A stretch of DNA of 64,000 nt from an uncultured Candidatus Saccharibacteria bacterium (GCA_964434285.1 CAYSUJ010000001.1:240564-304563), one strand, 5' to 3'. Shown: positions 17,827 to 27,355, counted from the first letter of the stretch. The notes: generated by a model not told the origin, from the letters alone. Translations and numbers: made by a program.

Positions 17827-19059
17827 CTACCGCACCTCGAGTTCGCTCGCGGTGAACTCAATGCCCAGAGGACGAATGATCACTCGACGCTCCTGCGCCG
17901 CCTTAATCTCGCCAGCAATGAATCCCCCGAAAGGATACCTACCTTTCGCCAAGAGCTGCAGTGCAGCACGTGCGTCTTCTTCTGGCATGTAGAGCGCAAA
18001 TCCCGCGCCCATGTTGAAGTCGGCAAACATATTCCGTCGACTCACTCCACCTTTCTGTTCGATGAATTCGAAAAGCGGCATAGGATCGGGAATGACACCG
18101 ATTTCATACGAGAACGGCTCCGGAGCACGCATGAGCTTCCGCCACCCATGCCCAGTAATGTTCACACCATAGTGAATCTCGATGTGCGCATTGATGCAGT
18201 CCTCGATAAACGGGCCGTAGAGATGGGTGGGCGTGAGAAGCGCCTTTCCGTAATACTCGCCATTCGAAAGGGGCGCCAGATATCCTTTGCGCATTTCCTT
18301 TGCGAGGTCACGCGCAAACGTGAGTCCGTTCGCATGAATACCTGAACTCTCGAGAAGAACAATGACATCTCCATCTGCAATGTTGCGGCGGATCAGTTTC
18401 CCCTTTGGTGTGACAATTCCATCGGCAGAACCCGAAAGAATCGACCTGCCAGGCAACACGAGATCGCGCAGCGCCGGCGTCTCGCCACCACCCCACGCGC
18501 ACCGAACCTCACGACACGCCGCTTCCCAACCTCCTACAAGTGCCTCCGCCCGGGCAGCGCGCTCAAACCACGACGCATTCTCAACAGCGAGATGCATGTG
18601 GAGCGAGACCGGGACGACACCGAGCGTTGCCATGTCGTTCAGAATCATCGCGGCCGTACACTGCGCAAGATTGTCGTACGAGCAGCCGTCGTGCCTCCAA
18701 TCAGTATCTTCAGCAAGAGCGAGATCGAGTGCATAGTGATCGCCCACGATGTTTTTCGTCCCAAGCCCTTCGTTCACATGTCCGGCGTAGTGATCGGGGT
18801 ACTCAACAAGAAACACGCTCTCGCCACGCGACCACTCCACGACCCGTGCGTCCAACCTCTCGATGTTCGCGCCCGTGCGGCTCGCCGCTGCTTGTGCGGC
18901 TCGCTTAAACGCATCAAGGGTTCCGTAGCCCACTTCATACTTATTCCTCATCCGAATCCTCCAGTGACAGAACAAGAAACGGGGAATCCCCCGTGACTCG
19001 CGCCACTCTACCCCACTCGCCTGCCAAAATCTATGCACGTCCTCCAGCACGTTCATCAT
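17827..19059 (-). CDS. purM: AIR synthase (phosphoribosylformylglycinamidine cyclo-ligase)-like protein
   Basis: GDVIVLLESSGIHANGLTFARDL, NITGHGWRKL and FNMGAGFALYMP match PurM C-terminal domain motifs. Confidence 0.65.
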   Translation of the reverse strand: MMNVLEDVHRFWQASGVEWRESRGIPRFLFCHWRIRMRNKYEVGYGTLDAFKRAAQAAASRTGANIERLDARVVEWSRGESVFLVEYPDHYAGHVNEGLGTKNIVGDHYALDLALAEDTDWRHDGCSYDNLAQCTAAMILNDMATLGVVPVSLHMHLAVENASWFERAARAEALVGGWEAACREVRCAWGGGETPALRDLVLPGRSILSGSADGIVTPKGKLIRRNIADGDVIVLLESSGIHANGLTFARDLAKEMRKGYLAPLSNGEYYGKALLTPTHLYGPFIEDCINAHIEIHYGVNITGHGWRKLMRAPEPFSYEIGVIPDPMPLFEFIEQKGGVSRRNMFADFNMGAGFALYMPEEDARAALQLLAKGRYPFGGFIAGEIKAAQERRVIIRPLGIEFTASELEVR

Positions 19060-19124
19060 GAAATCTTCATCTTCAATAGAGATACTATAAAAAGCGCGGG
19101 ATATGCGCTTGATACACTACTCGT

Positions 19125-19799
19125 ATGAAAGTCCTCTTAGTTGAAGACGAAGCCCGGCTTGCAGATGCGCTTTCGCGCGGCCTCACGCACAAAGGCTATA
19201 CCGTCGACGTCATCGATGATGGCGAGAAGGCGCTCACCCGTATCCTCCTCCATCGTAACGACTATAACGTCATCATCCTTGATCTCATGCTCCCCGGGAA
19301 GGACGGACTCGAAGTATGCGCGACTGCCCGCGCCGAGGGCGTTACGACTCCGATTCTCATACTCACCGCTCGTGGCGAAACCGACCGCAAGGTCGAGCTC
19401 CTCCTCGCAGGCGCCGATGATTACCTCGTCAAACCCTTCTCGTTCGATGAGCTCGCGGCGCGCCTGCACGCGCTACTCAGGCGCCCGACAGAGACCGTGC
19501 CCGACATTCTAAAAGTCGGCACTATCGAATTGAATCCCGTCGAACGACGCGTCACGCGCGACGGCAAAGAGCTCAATCTGACGCTGAAGGAATTCAATAT
19601 TCTGGAATACTTCATGCACCGCCCGAACCAGGTCGTGAATCGGGAAGATTTATTATCTAATCTATGGGATTTTAACTATGCGTCCTTCTCCAACGTGGTG
19701 GACGTCCATGTCAAAAACCTTCGCAGAAAACTCGATGACGAAGAACATAGTGAACTTTTGGAAACGGTTCGGGGCATTGGGTACCGACTTCGCGTCTAA
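19125..19799 (+). CDS. OmpR-family response regulator
   Basis: Receiver domain with the phospho-acceptor Asp in ILDLMLPGKDG, and a winged-helix C-terminus. Confidence 0.9.
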   Translation: MKVLLVEDEARLADALSRGLTHKGYTVDVIDDGEKALTRILLHRNDYNVIILDLMLPGKDGLEVCATARAEGVTTPILILTARGETDRKVELLLAGADDYLVKPFSFDELAARLHALLRRPTETVPDILKVGTIELNPVERRVTRDGKELNLTLKEFNILEYFMHRPNQVVNREDLLSNLWDFNYASFSNVVDVHVKNLRRKLDDEEHSELLETVRGIGYRLRV

Positions 19800-20868
19800 A
19801 TACCAAAACAATCCGTTTTTCCGGACTGAAACACGCATCGTTGCTTTTCACGTCCTCTTTGCTGCGTTTATTGTTTCCGCACTTGTTGCCTCATACATCA
19901 ACACCTCGTATTTCATCGGCACAACGCCCACGATGAGTACCACAACCGACCCTAATGCGGTTGTCACGACGCTCATCGCGGCAAGTTTTGAACAACTCGA
20001 GTATCGCCGCATTCGCAATCTGACGCTTGTCATTTCCGCAATCGTCCTCGCAACACTCATCGCGAGCTACGTCCTCGCGCAAATATCACTCAAACCCGCC
20101 CGCGAGGCGCTCGCGCAACAAAAAATCTTTGTCAGCAATATTGCGCACGAACTCCGAACCCCGCTCTCTACCATACAAACCAACACCGAGGTGGCACTGT
20201 TCGACACCTCGCTCAATCCTGCGCTGCGCGAAACGCTCGAAAACAACGTTCGCGATCTCAAACGCATCTCGGAAATCATCAACAATTTGCTTTCACTCGA
20301 CGTCTCACTTCAGCGAGAACGCATTCCCTTTGGAAAGATCGATCTCGCGCTCATCGTGCACACCGCACTCGAAAGGCTTAACTCCCTCTCGGTCACCAAA
20401 CAAGTCCGCCTCAACGCCCCCGCGCGCGGCAATTTCATCGTGTGGGGTAACGGAAACGCACTTGAGCAAATCGTGACGAACATTCTCAAAAATGCACTCA
20501 CGCACACCCCGTCCGGCGGGCGCGTCACTATCCGGCTCGGGCGCGCGGAGCCCGCCATGGTCGAGCTCTGCATTGAGGACACCGGCGCTGGCATCGCGCC
20601 AGCCGATCTTGCGCACATATTCGAACCGTTTTTTCGTTCAGATCGTTCGCGCAGCCGCGCACGCGGTGAAGCGGGCCTCGGTCTCACGATTGTCCACGAA
20701 CTCGTCAAATTGCACCGCGGCTCGATCCGTGTGCACAGTGTCCTCAAGCAAGGAACAACCGTGCTGGTGCGCATACCAACAGGGGCACCACAGAGTGATC
20801 ACACATATCCCACGTCACCGCTCTCAAACGAAATTACGGTTGATTATTCCGAAGAGCGTGGCGTATAA
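19708..20868 (+). CDS. Sensor histidine kinase (HisKA + HATPase_c)
   Basis: H-box NIAHELRTPLS, N-box and G-boxes (DTGAGI, GLGLTIV). Overlaps the RR stop in another frame. Confidence 0.85.
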   Translation: MSKTFAENSMTKNIVNFWKRFGALGTDFASKYQNNPFFRTETRIVAFHVLFAAFIVSALVASYINTSYFIGTTPTMSTTTDPNAVVTTLIAASFEQLEYRRIRNLTLVISAIVLATLIASYVLAQISLKPAREALAQQKIFVSNIAHELRTPLSTIQTNTEVALFDTSLNPALRETLENNVRDLKRISEIINNLLSLDVSLQRERIPFGKIDLALIVHTALERLNSLSVTKQVRLNAPARGNFIVWGNGNALEQIVTNILKNALTHTPSGGRVTIRLGRAEPAMVELCIEDTGAGIAPADLAHIFEPFFRSDRSRSRARGEAGLGLTIVHELVKLHRGSIRVHSVLKQGTTVLVRIPTGAPQSDHTYPTSPLSNEITVDYSEERGV

Positions 20869-21305
20869 GCCACCTTCACGTTCAGTTCACCACTCATTTT
20901 TTACACTCTCCTCAGACTGCTCTTGGGGCCCACGAACCGCAGGGCTTTACGCGCTTTCTCCCGGAAGAAAGTTGTCCTGCGGCATTCGTGGCTACATGGT
21001 CGAGGAGTGAGTAGATTTCAACGTAATAGCTATGGCATGTGAATACACGATACACAACGCAACAATCGAACGCTCGACCGCCGGATGAAATCGGCGATGA
21101 AGAGTTAAACGTTCGAGCCGGGGAGGTGGCGTACCGAAGAGGGCGCTGCCTCCCCGGCGCGTTACGGGTGAGACTTCGCACAAAATCGCACACCAACGCG
21201 CAGCAGTCTCTGTTCAGTAAATGAATTCGTAAGTATGAATGTTTCAAATCGTCTCTAGTTCTGTGCACCGCAATGCAGTCTTTAGTAGTTCTTCAAGCAT
21301 AATAT

Positions 21306-22652
21306 ATGTCTGCTCCCACCTCTCTCAATGCACCATCATTAGTGAAAGAAACACACTCTACAAAGCCGTCGAAACACGAAACTGTTGTGGTTATAGGTGT
21401 CGGCTATGTGGGTCTTCCACTCACCCTTCGCGCGGCGGCTCACGGATATCGCGCCATTGGGTTCGACATCGATAAGAAAAAAATTGCCGAGCTCAAGAAA
21501 GGAAACGCTCTCTATATTTCCGACGACGAACAAGCGCTGCTGCACGATCTCTCTAACATCTATTTCACGCACAGCGATGCCGACATTTGGCACGCAACGA
21601 ATTACATCATCTGCGTTCCCACACCCGTCCATCACAGCCATGCGCCCGATCTCGAGCCACTGAAAAGCGCTGCGCGCATCGTCGGCAAACACATGGCGAG
21701 GGGTGCGCTCGTCGTCGTTGAGTCAACGGTGAATCCCGGGGTGTGCGAAGAGGTTGTACTCCCTATTCTCGAGCGCGAGTCGAGCCTTCGCGGCGAAGAA
21801 GATTTCTTTTTCGCGCATTGCCCCGAGCGCATTAACCCGGGCGACGATGCGTGGCACGTAGGCTCGATTCCCCGAGTCATTGGCGCACTCGGCCCCACTT
21901 CGCTCGCCCGTGCGCACGCACTCTACGATGCGATGCTGGACGCCCCGCTGCACGACATGCAATCAATCAAAGAGGCGGAGGCGGTGAAGATGGTCGAGAA
22001 TACGTTTCGCGACGTCAACATCGCATTTGTGAACGAGCTCGCGATGTCGTTCGATCGCGCAGGCATCGATCTCACGAGCGTCATTCGCGGAGCGTCCACC
22101 AAACCCTTCGCCTTCATGCAGCACATGCCGGGCTGTGGCGTGGGCGGTCACTGCATCCCCGTTGACCCGTACTACCTCATTCGCTACGGCGAGGGCAATG
22201 GTTTCGAGCACGCCTTCTTGAAAACCGCCCGTCGTATCAACGAGGCAATGCCCCGCTACACTGTGCGCCGACTTGCTGGTGCACTGGCAGAAAAAAACAA
22301 GACGCTCAAAGGATCGACGATCGCGCTTTTGGGCCTCGCGTATAAAAAAGACATCCCCGACGTGCGCGAGAGCCCCGCGCTCGCGATCATGCACACGCTC
22401 AAGAACAAGGGGGCGCACGTTCAGTCATTTGATCCGCACGTTCCCCAGCACTCAAGCGTCGGCAGTTTTGAAGACGCGCTCCACGGAGCAGACGCAGTGC
22501 TCATCGCAACCAATCACTCAGCGTTCTGTGAGCGCACGCCCGAGGAATTCGCACGTGCAGGGACGACGATTGTCGTCGACGGTCGCAACTGCCTTGATCA
22601 GAAAGCCTTCACGGCGGCGGGAATCACCTATCGCGGTATCGGACGCTCATAA
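21306..22652 (+). CDS. Nucleotide-sugar dehydrogenase (UDP-glucose / UDP-ManNAc 6-dehydrogenase family)
   Basis: N-terminal Rossmann VVVIGVGYVGLPL, catalytic Cys region GCGVGGHCIP. Confidence 0.9.
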   Translation: MSAPTSLNAPSLVKETHSTKPSKHETVVVIGVGYVGLPLTLRAAAHGYRAIGFDIDKKKIAELKKGNALYISDDEQALLHDLSNIYFTHSDADIWHATNYIICVPTPVHHSHAPDLEPLKSAARIVGKHMARGALVVVESTVNPGVCEEVVLPILERESSLRGEEDFFFAHCPERINPGDDAWHVGSIPRVIGALGPTSLARAHALYDAMLDAPLHDMQSIKEAEAVKMVENTFRDVNIAFVNELAMSFDRAGIDLTSVIRGASTKPFAFMQHMPGCGVGGHCIPVDPYYLIRYGEGNGFEHAFLKTARRINEAMPRYTVRRLAGALAEKNKTLKGSTIALLGLAYKKDIPDVRESPALAIMHTLKNKGAHVQSFDPHVPQHSSVGSFEDALHGADAVLIATNHSAFCERTPEEFARAGTTIVVDGRNCLDQKAFTAAGITYRGIGRS

Positions 22653-22714
22653 TATGTATGAAGACTCACGCACACATCCGCACAGCACACACCACACCCT
22701 CCATCGTGCGGATG

Positions 22715-24103
22715 GGTGCAGAGATCTATTCACGCCCTGTTGAGCGCGCGCGCAAAGAAACACCGCAACAACACGAGGAGCGGGCGCATGATCGGCGCAT
22801 ATGGTATGAGGTCGTACTCTTCGCGATCGCGCTCTCGATCCTCGTCTGCATCACCCTTTTAAAGGCGGAAACCGCCGCAGCTTCAGACGTCGATGGCATT
22901 CTATTGTTTTATACATTCTTTGTGACGCTGTTCCAGCTCTCGCGCCTGATGGCATCCCTCATGTACACATCGTCATACTCAAGCGTCCTGCACCCGAGAG
23001 AAGCGCAGGCTGCATATCAACCCAAAATCTCGTTTGTGATCCCGTGCATGAATGAAGAAAAGGAGATCCAGACGACGATCAGGGCATGCTTTGACGCGCA
23101 CTACCCCCGACACCTCCTCGAGGTCATCGTCATTAACGACGGTTCAACGGACGGCACGGGAGAGAAGATTCGCGAGATCAGGAGGGAGTATCCCGAATTA
23201 GTTGTCGTCGATTGGACCGAGAATCGTGGTAAACGCCACGGTATGGCAGAAGGATTTCGCAGAGCTACCGGTGAGTTAGTGATCCAGCTCGACAGCGACA
23301 GCCGCATTGAACCTCGCGACGTCGCCTATCTCGTCGAGCCGTTCCGGAATCCTCGCGTCGGCGCGGTCAGCTTCCACACTGATCCCGCGAACGCGGATGA
23401 AAATATTCTCACGAAGATGCAGGCAGCGTACTATTTCCTTTCGTTTCGCATCCTCAAAGCCGCCGAATCAACATTTCGCATTGTGTTTTGCTGCAGCGGC
23501 TGCGCCTCGGCCTACCGCCGCGACATTGTGCTCCCGATTCTCGACAACTGGCTCATTGAGAAATTCTTAGGCCTTCCTGTCACCTGGGGCGACGATCGCT
23601 CGCTCACCAATCGGGTGATCGCACAAGGCTACGACACGCTCTACAGTGATCGCGCGCGCGCCTACACCATCGTGCCGAACACGCTCCGTCAATTTATTAA
23701 GCAGCAGATACGCTGGAAGAAAGGCTGGTTTGTAAATTCCCTATTTGCATCACGCTTCATCATTCGTCGTGATCCTTTTGTTGCGTTCACCTACTTCTTC
23801 CCGCTCATGGTCGTGACCATCTTTACGCCGTTCATGGCAGCACGCGCGTTCATCTACACGCCCATTGTCTACGGCTTCTCGAGCACCCTCTATTACATTC
23901 TCGGCGTCCTCGCCATCGCCGGTCTCTTTCTTGTGTTTTACCGCTTCTTCTCTAAAGACAACCCCTACTATCGCTACGTGTTCGTGTGGGCGGTCCTCAA
24001 CATGCTCGTTCTCTCGTATATGCTTTTCGTCGCGCTCGCAACCATCCAGAACCGCGGGTGGGGTACTCGCGGAATCGCTGCTGCGAAGAAGAGCGCTGTA
24101 TGA
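22715..24103 (+). CDS. Processive family-2 glycosyltransferase (cellulose/chitin/PNAG-synthase-like)
   Basis: GT2 DxD region VINDGSTDGT...QLDSDS, QQIRWKKGW (QxxRW) motif, flanking TM helices. Confidence 0.8.
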   Translation, partial: GAEIYSRPVERARKETPQQHEERAHDRRIWYEVVLFAIALSILVCITLLKAETAAASDVDGILLFYTFFVTLFQLSRLMASLMYTSSYSSVLHPREAQAAYQPKISFVIPCMNEEKEIQTTIRACFDAHYPRHLLEVIVINDGSTDGTGEKIREIRREYPELVVVDWTENRGKRHGMAEGFRRATGELVIQLDSDSRIEPRDVAYLVEPFRNPRVGAVSFHTDPANADENILTKMQAAYYFLSFRILKAAESTFRIVFCCSGCASAYRRDIVLPILDNWLIEKFLGLPVTWGDDRSLTNRVIAQGYDTLYSDRARAYTIVPNTLRQFIKQQIRWKKGWFVNSLFASRFIIRRDPFVAFTYFFPLMVVTIFTPFMAARAFIYTPIVYGFSSTLYYILGVLAIAGLFLVFYRFFSKDNPYYRYVFVWAVLNMLVLSYMLFVALATIQNRGWGTRGIAAAKKSAV

Positions 24104-24106
24104 CAT

Positions 24107-25672
24107 ATGAAACTACACACTTTTTCACTGTCACATCACCGACTTGCACTCGTCCTATCAACGGTCGTGCTCGCGATTTTCATAGGAGGTGGCGCTTGGT
24201 ACGCGGAGCAAGAGCCTGCGCTTTCACTGCGCGGCTTGCGGGCGCTTTTCGAACGCCCACTCTATGCACTCGAATTTGCGACGCTTGATACTCGCGCTTC
24301 GACAGGTAGCGCACGGGCGATTCCCGTCCTCACCTACCATCGTATCGTTTCTGACGGGAGCGACGTAGCGAACACCACGCGCTCACGATTTAAGGACCAG
24401 ATGGCTGCACTTAAGCGCGCCGGATGGGAAACCGTGACGCTCGAAGAGTTTGAATCATTCATGCGCGGAGAGCGCACGCTTCCCGATAAATCGTTCTTAC
24501 TGACATTTGACGATGCGGCGAAAGACAGCTTCTACCCCGTCGATCCGATTCTCGAGGCACTCGGGTATGAAGCGGTCAATTTTGTCATTGTCGAATCCTC
24601 AAACATTCCGCGTACCGTGTACTATCTCAATCCGAAGGAAATCAAGCGCATGATCGAGAGCGGCAGATGGTCGATCGGCTCTCACTCATACGACGGTCAC
24701 CGGCCCTATCCCGTGGACGCCTCGGGACAGACCGGCATATTCTTTGCAGACAGGCTCTTCCGAGAGAGCGAAGAGCGGCTTGAATCAAACACCGAATTTA
24801 GAGAGCGCGTCCATGCAGACCTCGTGCTCGCGAAAGAGGAACTTGAGAAAACCTATGGCGTCCCCATTAATAGCTTTGCATTCCCCCTCGGCAACGAGAC
24901 CGGCATCAACGGCGCAAACAACTTTCCTGAAGGGTCAGCCATAACAGAAGAGGAAGCGAAATCAGTGTACGAATTCGGGTACCTGCAATTAGCAAGCCAA
25001 CACTTCACGACGAATCTGCCGCGTGTAAACGCTTCTAGCACGCCACCTATGCCGAGTGATTTTCTCGTCTACCGCATACACGTGGATTACGACTGGGACG
25101 GTGCGCGCGTTTTAGAGATTCTCGAAAACGGCCGCGCAAAGGAAATCCCGTTCAACGACGACTTTTCAGAAAACAGAGGCTGGATCAACACCTGGGGATC
25201 GATCGATCTGGGGCGAAACAATTTTGTCCTTCGCGCGACGGAGGACGGCACGAGCGCCTCAGCCTTTCTCGATGGCACCTCGCTGTGGGACGATTATATT
25301 TTCGACCTCTCGGCAGAATGGAACCAAGGACATTTGATCGTCCTTGCTGACGTCACAGAAGGCAGCACATACAACGCGTGCGTCTTCTCTCCGGGCGTCG
25401 TGCACATTCAATCAACAGTCCGTGGCGTTACAGAGACGCTTGCCGAAGTGCGCGACCCCTCAATCGGCTACGGTGAAAACGTCCGCGCGGGCGTGCGCGT
25501 TCATGGGGCCGTTATCGAATGTGCGTGGGATTTCAACTCAATAGCTGAAGCCTATTCTCGGCCATTCTCAGGCGGCATCGGCATACAAACATGGGACGAA
25601 AATGAAGGCGCGGCCGAACTGCGCGTCTCAGAAGTCATCGTCCGACCGTATGCCACCTCAACCAACAATTAA
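24107..25672 (+). CDS. Polysaccharide deacetylase (NodB-homology) with N-terminal TM anchor and large C-terminal extension
   Basis: LLTFDDAAKDS (TFDD motif) and HSYDGH. 4-nt gap from the GT2 gene. Confidence 0.7.
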   Translation: MKLHTFSLSHHRLALVLSTVVLAIFIGGGAWYAEQEPALSLRGLRALFERPLYALEFATLDTRASTGSARAIPVLTYHRIVSDGSDVANTTRSRFKDQMAALKRAGWETVTLEEFESFMRGERTLPDKSFLLTFDDAAKDSFYPVDPILEALGYEAVNFVIVESSNIPRTVYYLNPKEIKRMIESGRWSIGSHSYDGHRPYPVDASGQTGIFFADRLFRESEERLESNTEFRERVHADLVLAKEELEKTYGVPINSFAFPLGNETGINGANNFPEGSAITEEEAKSVYEFGYLQLASQHFTTNLPRVNASSTPPMPSDFLVYRIHVDYDWDGARVLEILENGRAKEIPFNDDFSENRGWINTWGSIDLGRNNFVLRATEDGTSASAFLDGTSLWDDYIFDLSAEWNQGHLIVLADVTEGSTYNACVFSPGVVHIQSTVRGVTETLAEVRDPSIGYGENVRAGVRVHGAVIECAWDFNSIAEAYSRPFSGGIGIQTWDENEGAAELRVSEVIVRPYATSTNN

Positions 25673-25742
25673 CAGCGAGCGCGGTCATGAAAGAAATCTC
25701 TCGCGATCATTCCGCACGCAATCCTCAAACCCCACGCGAGCC

Positions 25743-25852
25743 GGTGACGTGGCACACGCCTCTCGAGGGTCTTTCGCAGCGCGTCGGCGCGAGAAGGAGC
25801 AAATTTTCAGCAGAAAATTATGCGACCCCCGAGAGGCGTGTGCCACGTCACC
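25743..25852 (+). repeat. Hairpin-embedded conserved element, copy A
   Basis: 22-bp perfect outer inverted repeat GGTGACGTGGCACACGCCTCTC / GAGAGGCGTGTGCCACGTCACC. Encloses the conserved core GGGTCTTTCGCAGCGCGTCGGCGCGAGAAGGAGCAAATTTTCAGCAGAAAATTATGCGACCCCC. Confidence 0.7.
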
Positions 25853-26030
25853 GCGAGCCCCCTTCTTCATGAAAAAATAGTTAAGCCATGATCTTCATCA
25901 AAAATACATTGACCAGAAATGGAGTACCCGTAAGATTATCGATGTGTTATTCGTGTCTCGCAGTGTGGCGTTGTCGGAAACAACGAGCTCTTTGTTCCTC
26001 TCACCGATCGGGGTTCATACGCTTCTCATT

Positions 26031-26909
26031 ATGAAGCGCCTTTCTCTTCGCGATGTTTTCTCTTCGCATCTAAACGTCATTCTTATCTGCTCGCTCATCC
26101 TCGGCGCGACAGCATTTCTTGTTCCCCCACCACCTCAACGCACACCAAATGTTGCCGCTGTCGTGACTGCATCGAGCCCCTTTCAATACCACTTCGACAC
26201 GAACGACGTGCTTCACGAGTCCAGTGACTACGACCAAAGCACGAGCCCCTATTGGTGGCTCAATTCTGGCGCGCAATTACGTCTCAAAAACGGCGTTGGA
26301 TCGACCGTGCAAGGAAACCTTCCGTCGGTGGATCGTTGGCGCCTCATGTACGCCGCATCGAATCCCGTCGACACCGATAACGGCTACCACCCCCAGAATA
26401 TTTTCCGTCTCGTCACGAAGGCAACGGGAGCGAGTATGCGTGTCGAATCGCTCTTTAAGATTCACGCTGACAACTGGAGCACCTCTCCTAACCGAAATTC
26501 GTCAAACGGGCTCCTGCTCATGAGCTCCTACGTCGATGGCAACTCTCTCTACTACGCAGGACTCCGCGTCGACGGTACGGCGGTTATCAAGAAAAAGTAC
26601 AAGGGCACCTACTACACCATCACGCAACCAAAGGTTTTCTCGGGCACGTACTCTCGTGAAGGCAAGGTCAATCTCATTCCTCATAACGAATGGCTCGGAC
26701 TACGGTCAGACACGAAGCGCAATGCCGATGGAAGCGTCTCCATCACGCTTTCAATGAAACGCGAAGGTTCAAACACGTGGACAAAAATTGCAGAGGGTCG
26801 CGATGATGGGCAATACGGCGGCACGCCGCCTATGAGCCAAGGACACGCAGGCATCCGCACCGATTTCATGGACGTGAGCTTCGAGTCGTTCCGCATGGAA
26901 GCGCTCTAG
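26031..26909 (+). CDS. Hypothetical signal-anchored extracellular protein
   Basis: MKRLSLRDVFSSHLNVILICSLILGATAFLV signal anchor. No catalytic motifs recognised. Confidence 0.5.
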   Translation: MKRLSLRDVFSSHLNVILICSLILGATAFLVPPPPQRTPNVAAVVTASSPFQYHFDTNDVLHESSDYDQSTSPYWWLNSGAQLRLKNGVGSTVQGNLPSVDRWRLMYAASNPVDTDNGYHPQNIFRLVTKATGASMRVESLFKIHADNWSTSPNRNSSNGLLLMSSYVDGNSLYYAGLRVDGTAVIKKKYKGTYYTITQPKVFSGTYSREGKVNLIPHNEWLGLRSDTKRNADGSVSITLSMKREGSNTWTKIAEGRDDGQYGGTPPMSQGHAGIRTDFMDVSFESFRMEAL

Positions 26910-26917
26910 GTGGGGTC

Positions 26918-27018
26918 TCATCATAACATGTTTGACGGGGTCTTCGGAGCGCGTCGGCGCGAGACTGAGGGAAATTTCAGCAGAAATTTACCCGACCCCG
27001 GAGAACATGTTGTGATGA
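26918..27018 (+). repeat. Hairpin-embedded conserved element, copy B
   Basis: Outer arms TCATCATAACATGTT / AACATGTTGTGATGA. Core GGGGTCTTCGGAGCGCGTCGGCGCGAGACTGAGGGAAATTTCAGCAGAAATTTACCCGACCCC. Confidence 0.7.
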
Positions 27019-27135
27019 GATACTCCTTCATCCTCACTTCAGGGCACATCGCGTACAGTGAACATGTTCCGGCAAGTGCGGGACTGGTCGAAAAGCGCGC
27101 TTATGCGCCCATTACCAGCCGTAACAACACCTCGT

Positions 27136-27258
27136 ATGGAACACACTACTGATACCATCACGTGTGACAAGTGCGGCGCAAAGTTCGATGCGCGCAGTGA
27201 GTACGAAACTCACTATCAAGACGTCCACAAGACCTCCGCACCAAAGTCGCGTGAGTAA
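27136..27258 (+). CDS. Possible 40-aa C2H2-type zinc-finger peptide
   Basis: MEHTTDTITCDKCGAKFDARSEYETHYQDVHK has C-x2-C-x12-H-x4-H spacing. A perfect 12-bp hairpin CGACATCGCCAT-tccag-ATGGCGATGTCG follows at 27272-27300. Confidence 0.3.
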   Translation: MEHTTDTITCDKCGAKFDARSEYETHYQDVHKTSAPKSRE

Positions 27259-27355
27259 TACCCAGGAACGACATCGCCATTCCAGATGGCGATGTCGTAA
27301 GGGTGCATTCTATGCGATACTAGGGGTATGTCGCGACGACACACCCTGTATTTGA

